38,997 bases of DNA, taken from the NCBI GenBank assembly GCA_021784615.1, contig JAJYHU010000078.1, forward strand, positions 1-38,997, given 5' to 3'. The position numbers and the translations under genes are program-made. Below the pieces are notes generated by a model that was not told the origin of the DNA, searched no databases, and saw nothing but the letters and a program-made list of their open reading frames with translations. Below are positions 36,375 to 38,997 of this stretch, one piece after another; positions within the stretch are counted from its first letter, which is position 1, and every line of letters starts with the position of its first letter. The stretch comes from Acidobacteriota bacterium. GTDB taxonomy: Bacteria > Acidobacteriota > Terriglobia > UBA7540.

Positions 36375-37305
36375 GCGCTTTCTCTTCAGCTAATGAATCG
36401 TTCAAGAATGTGCCTCCGCCGGTTTCGACGCTGGCCAGATACTTCAATTTCTTTTTGCTACGCAGCGGGGGATAGAACTCGATGTGGAAGTGGTAATAGG
36501 GATAGCGGCCGCGCGTGGGCGCCTGGTGCATGAGCATCATGTATGGAAACGACATCTGGAAAAGATGATCGTATTTCAGGGTCAGCCACTTGAGAATCTC
36601 CGCCAGCGCTTTTTCCTCGGAAGGCGTCAGTTGGTCAAGCGCTCCCAGATGCCGCCGGGAGTAGATATGAACCTCATACGGCCAGCGCGCGTAGAACGGA
36701 ACGAAGGCTGTGAACGCACGGTTCTCCGCCACGATGCGACGGCCATCCTGGCGTTCCTTTTCGAGGATTCGGCAAAAAAGGCAGCGATGATAACTACGAT
36801 AGTGTGCGCGCGCGGAATCGAGTTCCTTCTTAACCAATGGAGGGATCAGAGGAAAAGCGTAAATCTGGCCATGGGGATGCGGCATGGTCACCCCGATCGC
36901 AGCTCCCTTATTTTCAAAAATCAACACGTAGTGGATGCCCGGAGTCGCCTTCAGTTCCACAAATCTTTTTCGCCAGGTGCGAACCAGGTGCGTCAGGTGT
37001 GCCATCGGAAGCTCGGGCAGAGATGTCTGATGGTCAGGATGATAAAGGACCACGTCGCATTTGCCGACCGAGGGTTTTACTCGGTAGAATTCGTCACCAT
37101 CGATCGAGGGAACTTCAGGCGGAATCGAAAAAGCAGGGAAATCGTTCGGGAAAATATAGACGTTATAGTTGTCCGGGACCCGTCCCGAACCCGGGCAGAA
37201 CGGGCACCAGTCTTGCGGCATCAGGGGGCGGTTCTGGCGGTGAGAAGCTGTAGACACCCATTCTCGTAGCGTCGGATTCCAGCGAAGTTCCGTCATAGCT
37301 CCCAA
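36328..37305 (-). CDS. galT: Galactose-1-phosphate uridylyltransferase (HIT family, type 1)
   Basis: Zinc site CPFCPG and active-site HPHGQIY (HxHxQ). 325 aa. Confidence 0.9.
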   Translation of the reverse strand: MGAMTELRWNPTLREWVSTASHRQNRPLMPQDWCPFCPGSGRVPDNYNVYIFPNDFPAFSIPPEVPSIDGDEFYRVKPSVGKCDVVLYHPDHQTSLPELPMAHLTHLVRTWRKRFVELKATPGIHYVLIFENKGAAIGVTMPHPHGQIYAFPLIPPLVKKELDSARAHYRSYHRCLFCRILEKERQDGRRIVAENRAFTAFVPFYARWPYEVHIYSRRHLGALDQLTPSEEKALAEILKWLTLKYDHLFQMSFPYMMLMHQAPTRGRYPYYHFHIEFYPPLRSKKKLKYLASVETGGGTFLNDSLAEEKARELAATSPRTRREVA

Positions 37306-37344
37306 GCCTTGCGAAATATCCCAGGCGGGTTCTTGATGCTGCCT

Positions 37345-38385
37345 TTAGTTCAGGAAGTAATTGCGGTAAAGCGTGTCGCGCTTGACGGGACGGAAACCGG
37401 CATCGAGAATCATCTTGCGAAGCCGCTCCTCTGAAGAAGTTCTCCCGCAGCCGGCGGCTGACACAACATTTTCTTCAATGAGGATGCTTCCAACATCATT
37501 GCCCCCGAAGCGCAGGGCAATCTGACAAACCTTGTGGCCGGGCGTCAGCCAAGAGGCCTGGAGGTTCTGAATGTTTTCCAGGTAAAGCCGGCTGACGGCC
37601 AGAGTTTTAAGGTAGTCCACGGCCGTAATCTCTTCTTTAACAAAGCGGCCGAGTGAGGTGTTTTCACGCTGGAAAAACCAGGGGATAAAGGCCGTAAACC
37701 CTCCTGTTTCTTCCTGCAGTTGCCGGATTCGTTCCAGGTGGTTCGCGCGGTGTTCGAGAGTCTCGCCGCAGCCGAACATCATGGTGGCCGTGGTGCGCAG
37801 TCCCAACTGGTGGGCCGTGCGATGGACGGAAAGCCATTCCTGCGTGTTGCACTTCAAACGCGCGATCCGAGCGCGCACTTCGTCATCCAGAATTTCAGCG
37901 CCGGCTCCAGGAATTGAATCCAGGCCGGCATCCTTCAAGCGTGCAAGCGTGTCACGGAGAGTCAGGCCGCAAATCTCTGCGATGTTCAGGATTTCCGGCG
38001 CCGACAAACAATGCAGATGAATCTGGGGATAGCGGTGTTTGATGCTGGAGAGAAGGTTTTCGTAATAATCGAGCTTGAGATCGGGGTGCAAGCCGCCCTG
38101 CATCAAAACTCCGGTCCCGCCGAGCGCCATCGTTTCCTCGATTTTCTGATAGATGGTTTCAAGCGGCAGCACATACCCTTCCGGAGAACCTATCGGCCGG
38201 TAAAAGGCGCAGAAGGAACAATATTCCGTGCAGATATTCGTGTAATTGATGTTGCGATCGATCTGGTAAGTTACCACGCCGCCGGGATTAATGCTCCGGC
38301 GAAGCGCGTCAGCCTCCATGCCGATTCCGATCAGGTCGTCCGACCGCAACATATCCAGAGCTTGAGATTTTTTAAGGCTCATCAA
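37345..38385 (-). CDS. mqnC: Radical SAM enzyme of the futalosine pathway (MqnC-type cyclic dehypoxanthinyl futalosine synthase; MqnE not excluded)
   Basis: CTEYCSFCAF (CxxxCxxC), NINYTNIC, LMQGGLHP, GAGAEIL, TATMMFG and IEENVVSAAG. Adjacent to mqnA. Confidence 0.75.
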   Translation of the reverse strand: MMSLKKSQALDMLRSDDLIGIGMEADALRRSINPGGVVTYQIDRNINYTNICTEYCSFCAFYRPIGSPEGYVLPLETIYQKIEETMALGGTGVLMQGGLHPDLKLDYYENLLSSIKHRYPQIHLHCLSAPEILNIAEICGLTLRDTLARLKDAGLDSIPGAGAEILDDEVRARIARLKCNTQEWLSVHRTAHQLGLRTTATMMFGCGETLEHRANHLERIRQLQEETGGFTAFIPWFFQRENTSLGRFVKEEITAVDYLKTLAVSRLYLENIQNLQASWLTPGHKVCQIALRFGGNDVGSILIEENVVSAAGCGRTSSEERLRKMILDAGFRPVKRDTLYRNYFLN

Positions 38386-38457
38386 TCTTCCTTTCGGATC
38401 GTGAACTTTCCGTTTTCCATGCTTGCGGAAACGCTTTCGTTCTCAATCCCCGCGGGC

Positions 38458-38997
38458 CTATGCAAAACGGATATCTCTTTCCCCACTGAGAATATTCAAT
38501 TCCGCCGCCAGGCGATAGAAGAGCCGCAATCCTCGAAGATTTTCCTCATCCAAAGAATAATCGATATTTTCGGTGAGGTAAACTTTCACTTCCTCGGGTT
38601 GCATGTTCAGCTTGGGCGCATACTCCCGCGCGATTTCATCAATATGTACGCAGCCATAATCTCTTGAAGCCTCGAAGTCCATGCGAAAACGGCCGACCTG
38701 CGCATCCTCGTGGCCCGCCCACACTGCAAACACAAAAGGCAGTCCCGTGAATTTCTTCCACTCCACCGCGAGGTCGTAGACTCTGGGAATTTGCCCATTA
38801 TAGGCCAGGGCGGGGTCTCCGATAACGAGAGCGGCATCAGCCGAGTTCAGCATATCCTCGGGCTTCGGCGCCGCAGGCGTGAAATTGACAGGCTGGGAAT
38901 AGAATTTGCCCATCAATATCCTTAAGAGCGCTACAGACGTCCTGGAAGAGTTGTCAACAGCGATCGTCTCGATTTCCTTGACGGGTACTTTGCTGTA
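38458..38997 (-). CDS. mqnA: Chorismate dehydratase MqnA (C-terminal part; 5' end lies beyond the right edge)
   Basis: ALVIGDPAL and TGLPFVFAVWAG are MqnA/VitK2_biosynth hallmarks. The frame stays open upstream of the ORF-track TTG start out to the window edge (..SSRTSVALLRIL..). Confidence 0.75.
   Translation of the reverse strand, partial: YSKVPVKEIETIAVDNSSRTSVALLRILMGKFYSQPVNFTPAAPKPEDMLNSADAALVIGDPALAYNGQIPRVYDLAVEWKKFTGLPFVFAVWAGHEDAQVGRFRMDFEASRDYGCVHIDEIAREYAPKLNMQPEEVKVYLTENIDYSLDEENLRGLRLFYRLAAELNILSGERDIRFA

Overview
High-GC (roughly 60%) bacterial chromosomal window. The protein styles suggest Acidobacteriota, but that is inference only. I found no rRNA, tRNA or CRISPR array. Layout: (i) 1-7163, minus strand: one tightly coupled 8-gene sugar-nucleotide operon. 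It holds rfbF/rfbG/rfbH (CDP-3,6-dideoxyhexose route), a NeuB-family synthase, a KdsC-type phosphatase, a YerE-like ThDP enzyme, an RmlC-like epimerase and an RmlD-like reductase (cut by the left edge). (ii) 7663-11355: cobalamin-dependent methionine synthase metH. (iii) 11408-14755, minus strand: two secreted hydrolases (GH172/DUF2961 and a phosphoesterase/PLC-family protein). They are separated by about 760 nt of non-coding DNA containing an orphan sigma70-like promoter, a possible structured RNA and an AT-rich tract with three degenerate direct repeats. (iv) 15239-26533, plus strand: an exopolysaccharide locus. It has a giant multi-SLBB Wza-like exporter, a PAP2-Wzi fusion, a Wzz/GumC-like co-polymerase, a NusG/RfaH/UpxY-type paralog, a methyltransferase, a Wzx flippase and a GT2. 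(v) 26534-28798: a visibly AT-richer accessory patch with an IS630-family element (24-bp IRs, TA duplication, A8 frameshift site) inserted at the end of a decayed RelA/SpoT-domain gene. (vi) 28799-35122, plus strand: NCS1-type permease, nucleotidyltransferase, NahK-type N-acetylhexosamine 1-kinase, secreted PIG-L deacetylase and a zinc-ribbon membrane protein. (vii) 35142-37305, minus strand: galK and galT. (viii) 37345-38997, minus strand: futalosine-pathway genes (MqnC/MqnE-type radical SAM enzyme, and mqnA cut by the right edge). The best candidates for new biology are the hybrid CDP-sugar/ThDP/NeuB operon, the PAP2-Wzi fusion, the permease-NahK-nucleotidyltransferase-deacetylase module, and the repeat-bearing non-coding region at 12.6-13.35 kb. 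All functional calls rest on motif recognition by eye; no database search was possible.
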